The notes beneath the pieces are model-generated. The model searched no databases. It had not been told where the DNA came from and was given only the letters and a program-made list of their open reading frames with translations. A stretch of 63,863 nt of DNA, counting the filler, from Octopus bimaculoides (Eukaryota), in the NCBI RefSeq assembly GCF_001194135.2. It is 4 parts of 3 records of this genome, joined end to end, with 100 filler letters (N's around TTAATTAATTAA, not from the genome) between each part and the next. Parts side by side here need not be neighbours in the genome. Positions count along the whole stretch, not along the records: positions 24,725 to 52,928 come from NC_068983.1; 3 more parts are not named here. The stretch is one strand, 5' to 3'. Every line of letters starts with the position of its first letter. Position 1 is the first letter of the stretch. Positions 37,040 through 50,287 of this stretch are shown one piece after another. The translations under genes and the position numbers were made by a program.

Positions 37040-37358
37040 AAGGCGCATGACTCAGTGGTTAGAATGTCGAGCTTACGATCGCGAGGTTGTGAGTTTGAAT
37101 CCCGGACCGGGATGCGTGTTGTGTTCTTTATTCACGTTGCTCCAGTTCGCTCAGCTGTAGAAATGAGTTGCGACGTCACAGGTGCCAAGCTGTATCGGCC
37201 TTTGCCTTTCCCTTGGATAACACTGGTGGCGTGGAGAGGGGAGGCTGGTATGCATGGGTGACTGCTGGTCTTCCATAAACAACCTTGCCTGGACTTGTGC
37301 CTCGGAGGGTAACTTTCTAGGTGCAATCCCATGGTCAGTCATGACTGAAGGGGGTCTC
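37040..37358 (+). mobile_element. tRNA-derived SINE family C (CORE-like body, RTE-like tail)
   Basis: ggcgcatgactcagtggttaga..gagtttgaatcccgg head; ctccagttcgctcagctgtagaaatgagt body. Confidence 0.8.
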
Positions 37359-37389
37359 AGCGTCAAGTTGGTTGCACCAACCGCAGTAC

Positions 37390-38800
37390 TTGACTGGTGC
37401 TTTATTTTATTGAACTCAGAGCCATGAAAGACAAAGTTGGCTTCGGCGCGATTTGAACTCAGAATGCATGTAAAGAGGTGGAAGAAGTGCTACAAAGAAT
37501 TTTCTCCAACGTACTGACGTTTGTGCCAGCTCGGAAGGAAGTTTCTGTGTCGTTGTATTGGTTACCCACTCCCCACCCATAACTCTCAATATCTTCAATA
37601 TAGCGAATCTACTTGGATACTAAACACCAAAGAACTTTACCCACCCTCATAGAATTTTAACATTCAGCTCTTCTGGAAGGTAGCGGAAGACAGTAGTTAG
37701 AAATAAAACAGATGGCGACCCAAGTTTAAAAGCGGTTCATCCACTCGCCCCGCCGACATCAACGATCTGCTACACTTAGGAAACTTTATTTTCCAACAGG
37801 AAATCACAAGGTTTGTGATTTGGGGTATAATTTTTTATTTAGTATTAATTTCTTACCTAGATAAAGGGGACTCACATTTGAACGAAAGGAAGGGTTATAG
37901 ACAAACCCTCGCGACACAGCTGTTACATATTTTATTTGATCCGGAAGGATGAAAGACAATCCCGACATCGGAGTATAATCTTCAACGTTGGTTTCAAATT
38001 TTGGCACACTATCAGCGATTTCGAGTGAGGTGGGGCTATATCGACCCCCAGTGTTTAACTGGTACTTATTTTATCGACCTTAGAAGAACGAAAGGCAAAG
38101 TCAACCTCAGCGGAATTTAAGCTCAGTGCGTAAAGCGGCACGAAATGCCGTTAAGCATTCTACTCGGCGTGCTAAAGGTTCTGCCAGATTGCTGGCTTTG
38201 AGGTATTTCATTACGACTGAGTTCAAATCCCGCCGAAGTCAACATTGCTTTTCATTTCTCTGCCGTCGATAAAATAAAGTACCTGTCCAGTACAATGTCG
38301 ATGAAATCGACTAAATGCCACCCTTCAAACATTGCCGGTGCAATTTGAAACCGTTATTCAATGTTCCTTCAGTGACGTCGAGGTGGCTCAAGCGTTAGAG
38401 AGTGAAAAACATTTCATGCGATATTTCTCTCGATGCTTTGCGTTCTGAGTTCAAATCCCGCGGAGATCACCTTTACGTTTCATTATCTTTAACGATCAAT
38501 AAAATAAAGTGCCAATCAAGGGGGTGGGGTCGATAATATGGATTAACCAACTACCCTTAAATTTGGTGGGCTTAGGGCTAAATTAGAACAATCAAATTTT
38601 GGCACTAGACCATCTATTTTTATTGGCTGGGTATGTCGATTACATCGATCCAAGTGTCCAATTGGTACTTATTTTATCGATCCGAAAGGATGAAAGGCAG
38701 AGTCGGCCTCGGCAGAATTCAAACTCGGAACGTGAAGACAGGCGAAATGCTGCTAAGCATTTTTCCCGGCATGATTCCCGATGCTCCCAGCTCGTTACCT
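37390..38800. mobile_element. Cluster of about six SINE family B copies in mixed orientation
   Basis: Core motifs at about 37420 (-), 37940 (-), 38080 (-), 38230 (+), 38460 (+) and 38690 (-). Confidence 0.8.
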
Positions 38801-39757
38801 TTAGAACAATCATCATATAATTCTTCTTGTCATTGTTTAGTTAGCATGTGGATTACGTTCTGTCCGTTTGTCACTGCTTTTGCTTGGATAACGTTACTAC
38901 ATAGGTTAGTGGAAAAGGTTTATCGATCCAGAACATATATAGAAAATTATATAATGAGCATCATTAAGTGAATATTAAGGAAAATTTAATTTTGCATTTG
39001 TGAATCGTTTGCTCATGTTTCTCAAGCTAATTCTTATATTGTTGGCTTCGATTGCATCATTATAATAATTTATTATGATATATGACAATTTCTGGTTTTA
39101 GTGTATCTGCATCAAATATTTCTGTATCATATCTGAACCACATTTTTAGGTTAGCGTGTCTATACCATATATTCATATCTACTTTACAAATATATAAGCA
39201 GTGTGTTCAAGTGACTGTATATATTCATTTATATAAGAAAATCGCTTACATATTCATATTAAACAATAGCATTCATATTTAGAAAAAACCAAGTCACATG
39301 TTGCATTTCATTTGATCCACTCCGATCATAAACAGCCGTTAATGATAAGGATGATGTTTGAACGGAAATTGAATTTATCTTAAAGTAATGTACAAACCTT
39401 CAGAAAGTAATGTTGCATTTCACGTGTCGTTCTGCATTGAAATAATGTTTCCAGTGCGATTTGTTTCGTAGCAGCAGAAATTATTTTTTAAATATAAAAT
39501 GTAAGAATGTTGAGGAGGTTACTACTCCGTGCAATTTCTAAGAGTCCATCTAGTATGAATTTTGATTAAAGAGTTCAGTTGATTGTTGCAACCATTAAAT
39601 ATGGAACAAATGCTTTCTTATATTTGTTTAAAGTTTTTATGAATTCGAATCGCGCCAATATGAATGTTGTCTTTTATCCTTCCAGGGTCGGTAAAACAAT
39701 GCGTCATGTACTAAGGTCAATTTTTCTCTCTGTATCTCATATTCTCTCTCTCTCTCT

Positions 39758-39799
<42 letters not shown>

Positions 39800-40279
39800 C
39801 ACACACATACATGGTATCAGTTACGTTCAGGGGTCAAGAGAGGAATTTTCACATCACTATCTTAATGATGTGAGAATGATTATTCTCACATTCTGTAAGT
39901 ACGATCACGTACTATTACAATAAAATTTCTAAAATAGATCCAAGTTCACACATTTTAGAGGTGGACGGATTCATTTAAATTGACCCTGCTATTTCATTGG
40001 TACTTTAATTTATCAATCAATGCCTGAAGGAACAGATAAAAACTTTTTATCAGTGGAACTTGAGCTAAGAACATAAAGAGAAATAGCAGAATAATTATAG
40101 GTATTTTCTTTGAGGCTGTAACCATTCTGCCACTTTACCTCTACATTTAATTTCATTGGTTCCTTACAATGATTATTTCGCTTATGTTAGTCCTCCATCA
40201 TTAGACAGTTCTAGGAACATAGCTTCCTTTGAAGAATCCGAGAAAAAGAACTGTGCTCATAGCTTCCGTAGGTCCTTAT

Positions 40280-40550
40280 GGACTTAGAGTAATGCCATTA
40301 ATGTTCCTTGGAAGTTTTGCAAGTCAGCAGTTGCCCCAAAGATATGAAGAGAGAGGATTCAATTAAGCCAATGTTGAGAGGTAAATGGGTATAGAGGTTA
40401 GTGTGAGGCCTGGAGCAGATTGGCCACAGAAATGATATTAAAATGAAGGACGATTGGCTCAAAAAAACCTAGGGAACCGGTGTGAGATCAACTAGTCTTG
40501 AAGACTGAATGCCATTAGAGTAGCGGTAACAAAAGGAAGTAAAAGGAAAC
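40280..40550 (-). mobile_element. L2/Crack-like LINE 3' end, degraded
   Basis: Minus strand RYSNGIQSSRLVDLTPVP and LYPFTSQHW..HIFGATADLQNF resemble the L2/CR1 C-terminus. Confidence 0.5.
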
Positions 40551-41704
40551 AGTGTCTATTTTTGTTACCTTATATACATCAGTCGGGTCACCTCTCTTTC
40601 TGGATGTGGTCTACATCTGTGTGTATGGCAGCAGATCGGAGCACTGCAGAACAGAATGAGAATGATTTGGGGCGGGGGGAGTGAAAGTATTTTCTGGATC
40701 TGAAAAGAAATGCTAGGCATGGGATGCGGTCCAAATCCGTCTCTCAACTCTTTAACATCGCTGGATAAACAGATGTTGGATAAACACATTCTTTGACATT
40801 ATGAAACAACGCAACAGAGATGAAATATAAGAGATAGATAGATAGATAGATAGAGAGAGAAGCGACACTCCACAACTGGAGTGATACTCTAATGATCCCA
40901 GAACGATAAAAATAAAGTCGGTCGCGCTGTAATTTGAAACCAGTGCACGTACAATCGCAACAAATACATCAATATATTTTATTGGGTCCCTAATAACACT
41001 GCCAGTTCGCTGATCACTTTTTCATTGATACACGAATGAAAATATACGGTAAAATCAATTCGACGCCGTTGCTTGACAGTTTTACGAGCGAGAGCAAATA
41101 TCTGAGATTAAATTTTACACTATCTTGTTAAACCGAGTTCAGATTCACATATTTCGGTCGAAGAAATATTTGAAGTCACGGAGTCGCTTCAACGAACAAT
41201 TATTCAGAGATTTAGTGGTTTGTTTGTAATAATAATTCAACATAATCACCTCATACGTTAATGCAAGTTTATGATAAACTGTCTGGGTCAGACACCATCT
41301 GGTTCTAACGAAAAATATCGATGTGTCTGTGCGGGGAATAACACTTTAATAATCGATATGCAACATGTGTGCTGTATTTAGATGTCACTTTAGCTCTAAT
41401 TACAACCTTCTATTGTCAATAGAAATTCCATGCTCTATCATCCAGGTGAATAATATCGCACAGAAACTTACATCACACGAGTGTGGTACCGCTGTATGTA
41501 TGTATGTATATTTCACACACACACACACACATTATGCATGCATACATACATACATGCATACATACATACATACATACATACATACATACATAGAATGCCT
41601 TAATTTCAAGTTTTTCTTGTTCCAAGCCAGACCATGTCTTCCTCGACGGACAGGCCTCTTCATCACGACAAATTTCTGCTTTATTTGGGCCAATTCCTTA
41701 TGTG

Positions 41705-41912
41705 CAGGGTGTCCACAAAGTCTGGGTACATGGGGATTAACACATACTTTAAGAAATTATTATTTCTTATATTTAATTATGTTATGATTTTATTTACTCC
41801 ATGTACCCAAATGGGGATTAACACATACTGTAAGAAATTATTATTTCTTCTATTTAATTGTTTATGTTATGATTTTACTTACTCCATGTACCCAGACCTT
41901 GTGGACACCCTG
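41705..41912. mobile_element. Tc1/mariner-type MITE with 29-bp TIRs and an internal duplication
   Basis: CAGGGTGTCCACAAAGTCTGGGTACATGG at 41705-41733 and its reverse complement at 41884-41912 (1 mismatch), followed by TA. Confidence 0.9.
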
Positions 41913-42343
41913 TATAGAAAAAAACAACAACAAGATTTTGTGTTCCCATTTGGTGTATAAAAGTAACGATTTTCCTTAGCTCACCGGTAATGCTTTGTGA
42001 AGGTCTTTCACCATAATCAAATTCCTTACACGCATAATCATGTTTGCATAAAGGCCAATTCGTATTCTCAAAATATCGCTAAGCCCTATTTATTCTTTAA
42101 ATATCGCTAATCCCTATTTTACAGGTTATTAGCGAAACTGCTTAACCTCTTATTACCTCCCCTTAACCTTCCTGCGTACCGCTTAGCACTACTTAACCTC
42201 GCTCCACATTATTAACCAAATACTGTACTTTATACTTTATGGAAGTCACTAAAATGTACGACCATTGAATTAATGAACATTTTCCCTCTTTCCCTTCTAT
42301 TTTTCTTTCTATTTTTCCTTCTATTTATCTTTGCCATACAATC

Positions 42344-42420
42344 GTTCTGAAGATGCTTATCGATTGTAACGAGGTAAATGCAAATTTACCCCATTTTTAT
42401 AAATAGAAACAGCTGTAAAC
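42344..42420 (+). ncRNA. Penelope-type hammerhead ribozyme motif
   Basis: GUU-CUGAAGA-long stem II-GAAAC-AGCU-GUA-AAC. Core intact; stem I only 3 bp. Confidence 0.6.
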
Positions 42421-42498
42421 ATACACTCATCTTAATTAAATAATGACTTTTAAACACCAATGATCCACTCATCATTGTTACTTATTGCTCCATTTCTT

Positions 42499-42536
<38 letters not shown>

Positions 42537-42547
42537 TCTCTCTCAAC

Positions 42548-42578
<31 letters not shown>

Positions 42579-43344
42579 GACAGAGGGTGATAAAGAGTGT
42601 GGCAAATTTATAGAGAAGAGAGAATAAAACACAGCTTGATGAAAACCGATAGCAAGTGGGAGATTTGTCGAACTAAAAGTTGAGTTATTCATCGTAGCAA
42701 ATTAATTTTTTTTATTATTTATGACCGGATAACTTGTCATTGGGATGCAGATTTAGAAAGCCAAATACGTTTTTCTCGAGGACACACCGTTTCGGAACCT
42801 TCCGTCATATATTCGTACATACTCATACGTCCTCAGCATGTGTTAATCACCAGATAGTGATGAAAATTCACCCAGCTCGCAAAATAATATATGCATTTTT
42901 CCAGCGACGAACCGTCGCTGATATCGAAAAAGGAGAAATAAGCTATATCAAATCTTTGAGCGAAATGTAAACAGTAGCTATACGGAATCGTAACATATAA
43001 TTGCCAACCAAGTGTGGCGTTCTATACAGAACAGTGCTACTGACGTTTATAACCCCAGGAAGACATCTCTTCCAGTTGGCTAACGACACATTCTGTGTCC
43101 GATTAGTATTTGCGAGGGGAAGTCATCGCTCCCCACCCTAGCCTTACGTGATATACACGGACTCGAGTTTCTGGGTGGTTACCCGTCCTCAGCGTGTGTT
43201 AATCACCATCTAGTGATGAAAACTCACTCCACTCGCAAAACACTATATGCTTACTACCCCGGTAGCACAATGGATTAGCGCGCACCGCACATATAGACAG
43301 TACTTTCCTTGTGTTAGTCGGAAGTCGGGTGATATGCTGTCGGG

Positions 43345-43620
43345 TGAAGTGCTGGTGTGGCTGTGTGGTAAGTAGCTAGCTTCCCAACCTCAAGGTTCCG
43401 GATGCAGTCCCACGGAGTGGCACATTTGGCAAGTATCTTCTGCTATAGTCTCGGGCCAAGCAAGGTCTTGCGGGTGGATTTGTTAGACGGAAACTGAGAA
43501 ATGCCTATTTTGTATGTGTGTGTGTGTGTTTGTGTTTTTTGCCAACACTGCTTGACAACCCGTGTTGGTTTGCTTACGTCCCGCAAGTTAGCGGTCCGGA
43601 AAAGAGACAAACACGATAAG
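43345..43620 (+). mobile_element. SINE family A
   Basis: gtggctgtgtggtaagtagc..ttccggatgcagtccc..ggcaagtatcttc..agacggaaactga. Confidence 0.88.
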
Positions 43621-43939
43621 TAACAGACTAAACTATCTACTTTCTTACCTATTTTCATTGAAGTAGTTAGTATTTGTACTTCCTTCTTAATTATGTTATA
43701 TGCATTGCAGCCTGTCTTCTTGTACGTGCTTAAAACATTTAATCGATCTGCATCTTACGTTTAATCGATCTGGTTTTTTCTACTGTGATAGTTAGGAAGA
43801 ATAGATTTTTAAAGAGATACAAGAAACCCAAAAAGTAAATAAATAATTAAGAAAGCAGCAAATATCTTCTGGTTCTCGGATCACTTTATTATGAATGTAG
43901 CATCCATTAAAGTTCAAAATTACGTAACGTTGATAAACA

Positions 43940-44039
43940 TAGGTGCGGGAGTGTCTATGTGGTAAGTAGCTTACTTACTAACTACATGGTTCCGGGTTCA
44001 GCCCCAGTGCGTAAACGGAAACTGAAAGAAGCCCATCGG

Positions 44040-44097
<58 letters not shown>

Positions 44098-44288
44098 ATG
44101 TTTGTGTGTCTGGCTTGACAACCGGTGTTGGTGTGCTTACGTCCCCGTAACTCAGCGATTCGGCAAAAGAGTTCGGTTAAATATGTACTAGGCTTACAAA
44201 GAATAAGTCCTGGGGTCGATTTGTTCGACTAAAGGCGGTGCTCCAGCATGGCCATAGTCAAATGACTGAAACAAATAAAAGAATAAAC
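43940..44288 (+). mobile_element. SINE family A with the CORE region deleted
   Basis: Head ggtgcgggagtgtctatgtggtaagtagc..ccgggttcagcccc, (GT)n middle, intact tail. Confidence 0.9.
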
Positions 44289-45229
44289 GCAATGCATTTG
44301 CACTCAGCACAAGTGCTACAAGCTCTTCAAAAGAATCGTCGTCTAAAATCAAAGCTACATCGAAAGCATCGCTATGTTTGTAGCCCTAAGTATTGATAGC
44401 AGTGAGGCCGGCACTCTACCTGAATGAAGCCTCACTACGTCATGTCCATTCACTCATAAGTGCTTTAAATGAAGTGAACTAAAAAAGTTAATGCTATTGA
44501 AACTACAACTGGTTTTAGATTCAGAACCACTCCTTTAGGCACAGAAACAAAAGAAATTTCACCTGATTATCCTACAACATCTGGAGATTGAATGAGAAAA
44601 AGATCAATGATATTACATTAATCTAGTTCGTTCTCGAAATTGTAACACCTTTGTTGATTCAATCAGATAGCTGATCTCGCCTTGGCTTGCAGAGAAATAT
44701 ATTAACCTCATTTTTAGACAAAACTATAAGCAACCAAACAATTAAGAGTCGATGTATAGAAACAAAAAAAATAAGTGTCTCTCGACACACCTTTTATGAA
44801 TTCAAATATTAAGTACGCAATTTGCAGTAGCAACATGGAGTCACAAAGGACGCTGGCCATCAGTAGCGTAGCTAGATAGAGACGAAGGATGCTGTTCGCC
44901 GCTGGGTGGCACTTTTATGCCTTACGTGTCAACCTCTATAGTTTAGGGGCGTTAAACTCAAGAGTTGCCCCTAGCGGTAGATACACTAACTACGCTGTAG
45001 TCATATTTGCCAAGTTGTTACATGGTCAAACAACTAACAGGAGCATACTCTAAATGCTAAAAATAACAACTAAACCTTAACTTCATTGAAAATAAAACAA
45101 CGCGCGCGCGCGCACCCACACACAAACATGTACGGTTCGTAGGGCTACCCAGGGTTTAGCGTTCATAAACCGCTTAGCTTTACATACGTCTCGTCAAACC
45201 CAGGATCTATACTTTGCTCAATATATATA

Positions 45230-46047
45230 GAAAGTCACTTGCTGGCAACTTTTTTCCGGCTTCTGAGGGTAAATATTTTCTTATTTTCCAGATGGCCGGT
45301 GGCTTGACTGTTCAGGAGTGAGCTAAGATAGCAGCACGATATGAAGTGTGGAATTCCATTGTTTTGGTTCAGAGATGGTGGTGTGCATGTAAAGGTAAGG
45401 ATGCAACGTCCGGAGACAATAAAGAGTTGTCATGCAAAGCAGATGACCACGGGCTCTGTGAAAGATGCAAGAAGAAGTGGCCGTCCAATCACATCCCGAT
45501 CAGTGGAGGACGTGGCAACAGTGCAGAAAATGTTTAATCACAGCCCACAAAAATCAATACGTCAAGCAGCTCGTGAAAGTGAACAAGCAAGACACACAAT
45601 ACGTACGGTGTTGCATAAAGAATAGAATTTTCGCCCGCGAAAACCCCATTACGTGCAGGAGCTAAAATCTGAGAGCTGTGACCGCTGAAATCCAGAAGTC
45701 CAGAACTCCAAGAAGACCAGATCTTACGCCATGTGATTTTTTACTTGTGGAGTTACACAAAAGAAGAGGTGTACAAGACAAAACCTTGCATACTGGAGGA
45801 CTTGGAGATACAGATCCAGGAGGTTCTCAATGATATCCCAGACGACGTCCTTCAGAAAGTTGTTCATTCCATACTTGGCTTTTTGAGGAAACTGGTTGAC
45901 TCCACCTGTACTTACGTTGAAATATGAAGATTTACTTTCAATTTCCCATGTAATAAGGAATATGTATTATTTGTTGCAATAAATTTCTAAAAGGAATATG
46001 AATTTTATTATCAATTTTTAATGCCTATTTACTTTTCTACCACCTTG
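45230..46047 (+). mobile_element. Tc1/mariner (rosa/maT-like) transposon remnant, internally deleted
   Basis: TGSVKDARRSGRP..SPQKSIRQAARE and DLTPCDFYLWSYTKEEVYKTKP..LEDLEIQI. TIR-like ttacttttctaccaccttg followed by TA at 46029-46049. Confidence 0.85.
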
Positions 46048-46056
46048 TATATATAT

Positions 46057-46331
46057 ACTATATATAAAACAGAGGTGTGTGTGTAATCGCTTTTTACGTG
46101 AAAACGGCTTCACTATTTACTTCCATACTTGTGATACATAAATAATTTGACCTCGGATAAATCTTAGGCTCTTCATTTGATTTTTTTAATCTCTAATTAA
46201 AAATAAATAATATTGCTTTATATTCAAATGAAGAGCCTAACATTTATCCGAGGTCAAATTATTCACGCATCACAAGTATGGAAGCATTTGGTGAAGTCGA
46301 TTACACACACATCTCTGTTTTATATATAATA
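46057..46331. mobile_element. Hairpin MITE with long inverted arms
   Basis: Left arm tatatataaaacagag..ttgacctcggataaat.ttaggctcttcatttga mirrors right arm tcaaatgaagagcctaa.atttatccgaggtcaa..ctctgttttatatata. Confidence 0.88.
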
Positions 46332-46890
46332 TAGATTTACTCNNNNNNNNNNNNNNNNNNNNNNNNNNNNNNNNNNNNNNNNNNNNNNNNNNNNNNNNNN
46401 NNNNNNNNNNNNNNNNNNNNNNNNNNNNNNNNNNNNNNNNNNNNNNNNNNNNNNNNNNNNNNNNNNNNNNNNNNNNNNNNNNNNNNNNNNNNNNNNNNNN
46501 NNNNNNNNNNNNNNNNNNNNNNNNNNNNNNNNNNNNNNNNNNNNNNNNNNNNNNNNNNNNNNNNNNNNNNNNNNNNNNNNNNNNNNNNNNNNNNNNNNNN
46601 NNNNNNNNNNNNNNNNNNNNNNNNNNNNNNNNNNNNNNNNNNNNNNNNNNNNNNNNNNNNNNNNNNNNNNNNNNNNNNNNNNNNNNNNNNNNNNNNNNNN
46701 NNNNNNNNNNNNNNNNNNNNNNNNNNNNNNNNNNNNNNNNNNNNNNNNNNNNNNNNNNNNNNNNNNNNNNNNNNNNNNNNNNNNNNNNNNNNNNNNNNNN
46801 NNNNNNNNNNNNNNNNNNNNNNNNNNNNNNNNNNNNNNNNNNNNNNNNNNNNNNNNNNNNNNNNNNNNNNNNNNNNNNNNNNNNNNNNNN

Positions 46891-46944
<54 letters not shown>

Positions 46945-47744
46945 TTGTGTGCGTGTGTGTGTGTGTATGTGTGTGTGTATGTATCATCCTTGGAAAGCGA
47001 ATTAATCTCTCTGTATAGCTATGCCTACGTCCATATGCAGATACATACATATGCACACAAGCATGCACACACGCACGTATATGCTTATATGTATAACAAC
47101 AGGACGATTAAAGTGCTTTGGACTTTGTTTTTTCCAAATATTGATATTTAAGATGTCGTGAATTGTAGCTTGAAAATTATGCCATTAATGATATTTAACA
47201 CACACAAATTTTCCGGTTGTCTACTTTGTTGACAATTAGCGACTTATAGTTTTATTAATACTGTTTGTATTAATAAATAATTGTCACAGGATATAAATAA
47301 ACAGATTAGATTTGTCCGATGCTCAAATTTACGTCTACGTAATGAGTGGAGTAGAAGCTCTTGTCTCGAAGCTATCGTCAAAACCTTTATTGAGATTACT
47401 CTGCCAGACATATTGCTTATCTATTCACATGAAGTTTCTCGTAGTTTCGAGATTTGGATATCGTGAGAGTTTATTTTAAGAATGACCTTGTAGGATAGGT
47501 GCGAGAGGCTGGATCTTGTCGGTTTTAATATAAAATAGGCATAATGTTTGAGCCATATAGGATCGGTTTAAATGAGTTAGCATTTGAACAGAGAACATAT
47601 TGTGCTTGTTCTATTGTGATCACTGACGTTTCTGGTGAAAAGGAATCGAGATGAAAGGGGAGGTTAGGGTTGGTGCTGGAAAAATAAGGGCTGTTAGTTC
47701 ACTGGACACCTGAGTACATCTCCAGCGTTCGAAGCTGTGCAAAG

Positions 47745-47755
47745 ACAACAACAAC

Positions 47756-47841
<86 letters not shown>

Positions 47842-47860
47842 TAATAATAATAATAATAAT
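47745..47860. repeat. (AAC)/(AAT)n trinucleotide tract
   Basis: Read directly; explains the poly-Ile ORF in the track. Confidence 0.95.
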
Positions 47861-47958
47861 CGTTTCTGATTTATCTACAAGGCCCGAAATTTTGGAGAAC
47901 ATATTACTTGATACCATCGAACACGCTCTAATTTTGCATATTGAGGTCAACTCTCTTG

Positions 47959-48005
<47 letters not shown>

Positions 48006-48158
48006 ACGTATGTTTGCGTGTGTCTATGTATAACATGTCTATGTGTGCGTCTGCGTATATCACACACACACACATATAATGTTAATACATACATACACAC
48101 ACACACACACTCACGCACATATATATATATATATATGTCTGTATATTTTAAGAAGTTA

Positions 48159-48318
48159 AAAGTTATGGCCGGTAATAGAGTGACCATTGGTTTAGCACCT
48201 GTAAAGCGCTTAACAGCATAGGTGACCCATATGGTTATGCGACTTCAGCGTTTTGAGTCTGACGTGTAGCATATACTACTAAGCGCTTTATAGGTCACTC
48301 TACTGTTGGCCATAATTT
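48159..48318. repeat. Imperfect inverted-repeat element (small MITE or hairpin)
   Basis: 48159-48185 pairs with 48293-48318; taaagcgctta 48202-48212 pairs with 48280-48290. Confidence 0.7.
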
Positions 48319-48371
48319 TTATTGCTCTAACGCTTTGGGATGCACGTTTTCTTCGGATATTTGAACTGCTG

Positions 48372-48430
<59 letters not shown>

Positions 48431-48988
48431 GCATATATGTATGTATGTATGTATGCATGTATGTGTGTGTGTGTGTCTGTGTGTGTGTGCATGTTTGTGT
48501 AAGTATAAATATAAGTTCATATGTATATACATATATTTGTAAATTCAAACATACATATACNNNNNNNNNNNNNNNNNNNNNNNNNNNNNNNNNNNNNNNN
48601 NNNNNNNNNNNNNNNNNNNNNNNNNNNNNNNNNNNNNNNNNNNNNNNNNNNNNNNNNNNNNNNNNNNNNNNNNNNNNNNNNNNNNNNNNNNNNNNNNNNN
48701 NNNNNNNNNNNNNNNNNNNNNNNNNNNNNNNNNNNNNNNNNNNNNNNNNNNNNNNNNNNNNNNNNNNNNNNNNNNNNNNNNNNNNNNNNNNNNNNNNNNN
48801 NNNNNNNNNNNNNNNNNNNNNNNNNNNNNNNNNNNNNNNNNNNNNNNNNNNNNNNNNNNNNNNNNNNNNNNNNNNNNNNNNNNNNNNNNNNNGCTCTTTC
48901 TAAGACAGGAGAGTGAAAAAGGGAGGTGAATATCTGTGCGTGCGCGAGAGTCTGCAAGTGTGTGTGTAATAACAGAACGTGTGTGTGC

Positions 48989-49034
<46 letters not shown>

Positions 49035-50287
49035 TGTTTGGTGGTTTATCTGTTAGTGTGTATGTGTGTGTTTGTGTGTGTGTGTGACGTAGTGGAAGGA
49101 ATTAGTAGCAGTAATAGTTAGTGGGTGCTTATGGACAATGGTCAGTGGTAGGTCAGCAGGCAGTTTTTGAGTATACGTCCATCCATCTATTCATTCATCC
49201 ATTTATACATAGATGCATACATACATATATGCATGCATACATACATACGTACATAATACATATGTACATACATACATACATACATACATACATAAATACA
49301 TACAAGCATTGATATCCAAATAGCGATATATACAAAGAGATAGAGAAAGGAACAAAAACAATAATAAGAACATTTATCGATCTATTGTCCGTTGACCTAT
49401 AAGTTAAATTTGTTACTCTTCCTTGCATATTCTGATATATTTTATAGTTCCTATCTTAACATCGATTTCAAACCTAATTTCCAAGAAATGATAGCTTTCT
49501 GCTTGTATCAAGAAAATACGACGTATTAGTGTTTATGTACCTACTGGTGTCAACGAGTGCAAATTTGTTTTTTTATTTGTTAATTGTAACCTCTAGTGCA
49601 TACAAATGCGTAAATGCGTTATTTTTAGAGAATGTCCGGCCTGGAACTTAGAAACGTGTCAAGCAAGTAGACACTCCGTTGGTTTCTATATGCCCTATAC
49701 AGACTATTGATCAGAACGTATGAACGAAATGGTATTAGATTTTGTGTATTTTATGGCGGCTAAAGCTGTCACAACTGGTTGAGTCAATAGCATGTGCCAT
49801 TGCCAGATAGAGTATCTTCGGTTCAAATTACATTGTTGGTAGAGCTGAATGTTGCATCTATGGTCAATTTTGAAGAGAGTATATCCATCTATATTAGTTC
49901 CAGGCGTTTTTGCTGTCAAGGACCCGCTTTTTGTTTAAATTAATTATTCCACGGACTGCAGGTTTTTGAAAATTTTATGACCAGCTAGCGTTCCCTCATA
50001 TTACCTTTGCAGACTTCCAGAGATCTGCAGACCCAGGTAAAATAGATCCTAGATAAGCAATTACTATAATCTTATTGCTCTTTACCCTTAAGTTGGTCCT
50101 TATGTGGCTGAGTGTACCTGTAATTTAATAGATACTGCCTTGCCACCCACTGTCACACAGAATTGCATTAAACCAACACGTGTTTGTTGACCGCTCAGCC
50201 ACTTGGCCACAAGCAAGTTAATTCAAGAGCAGGTGATTCAGTTGATCGAATGACTGAGCCTTCATCGTTGACCAACTGATATTTAAT

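Noticed and set aside
47699-48187. Poly-Ile / poly-ER ORF and similar CVCV, SLSL, YIYI ORFs
   Set aside because: These are translations of microsatellites.
49704-49919. ORF with IDGYTLFKID, resembling a LINE endonuclease motif
   Set aside because: A single short motif with no flanking APE motifs; insufficient support.
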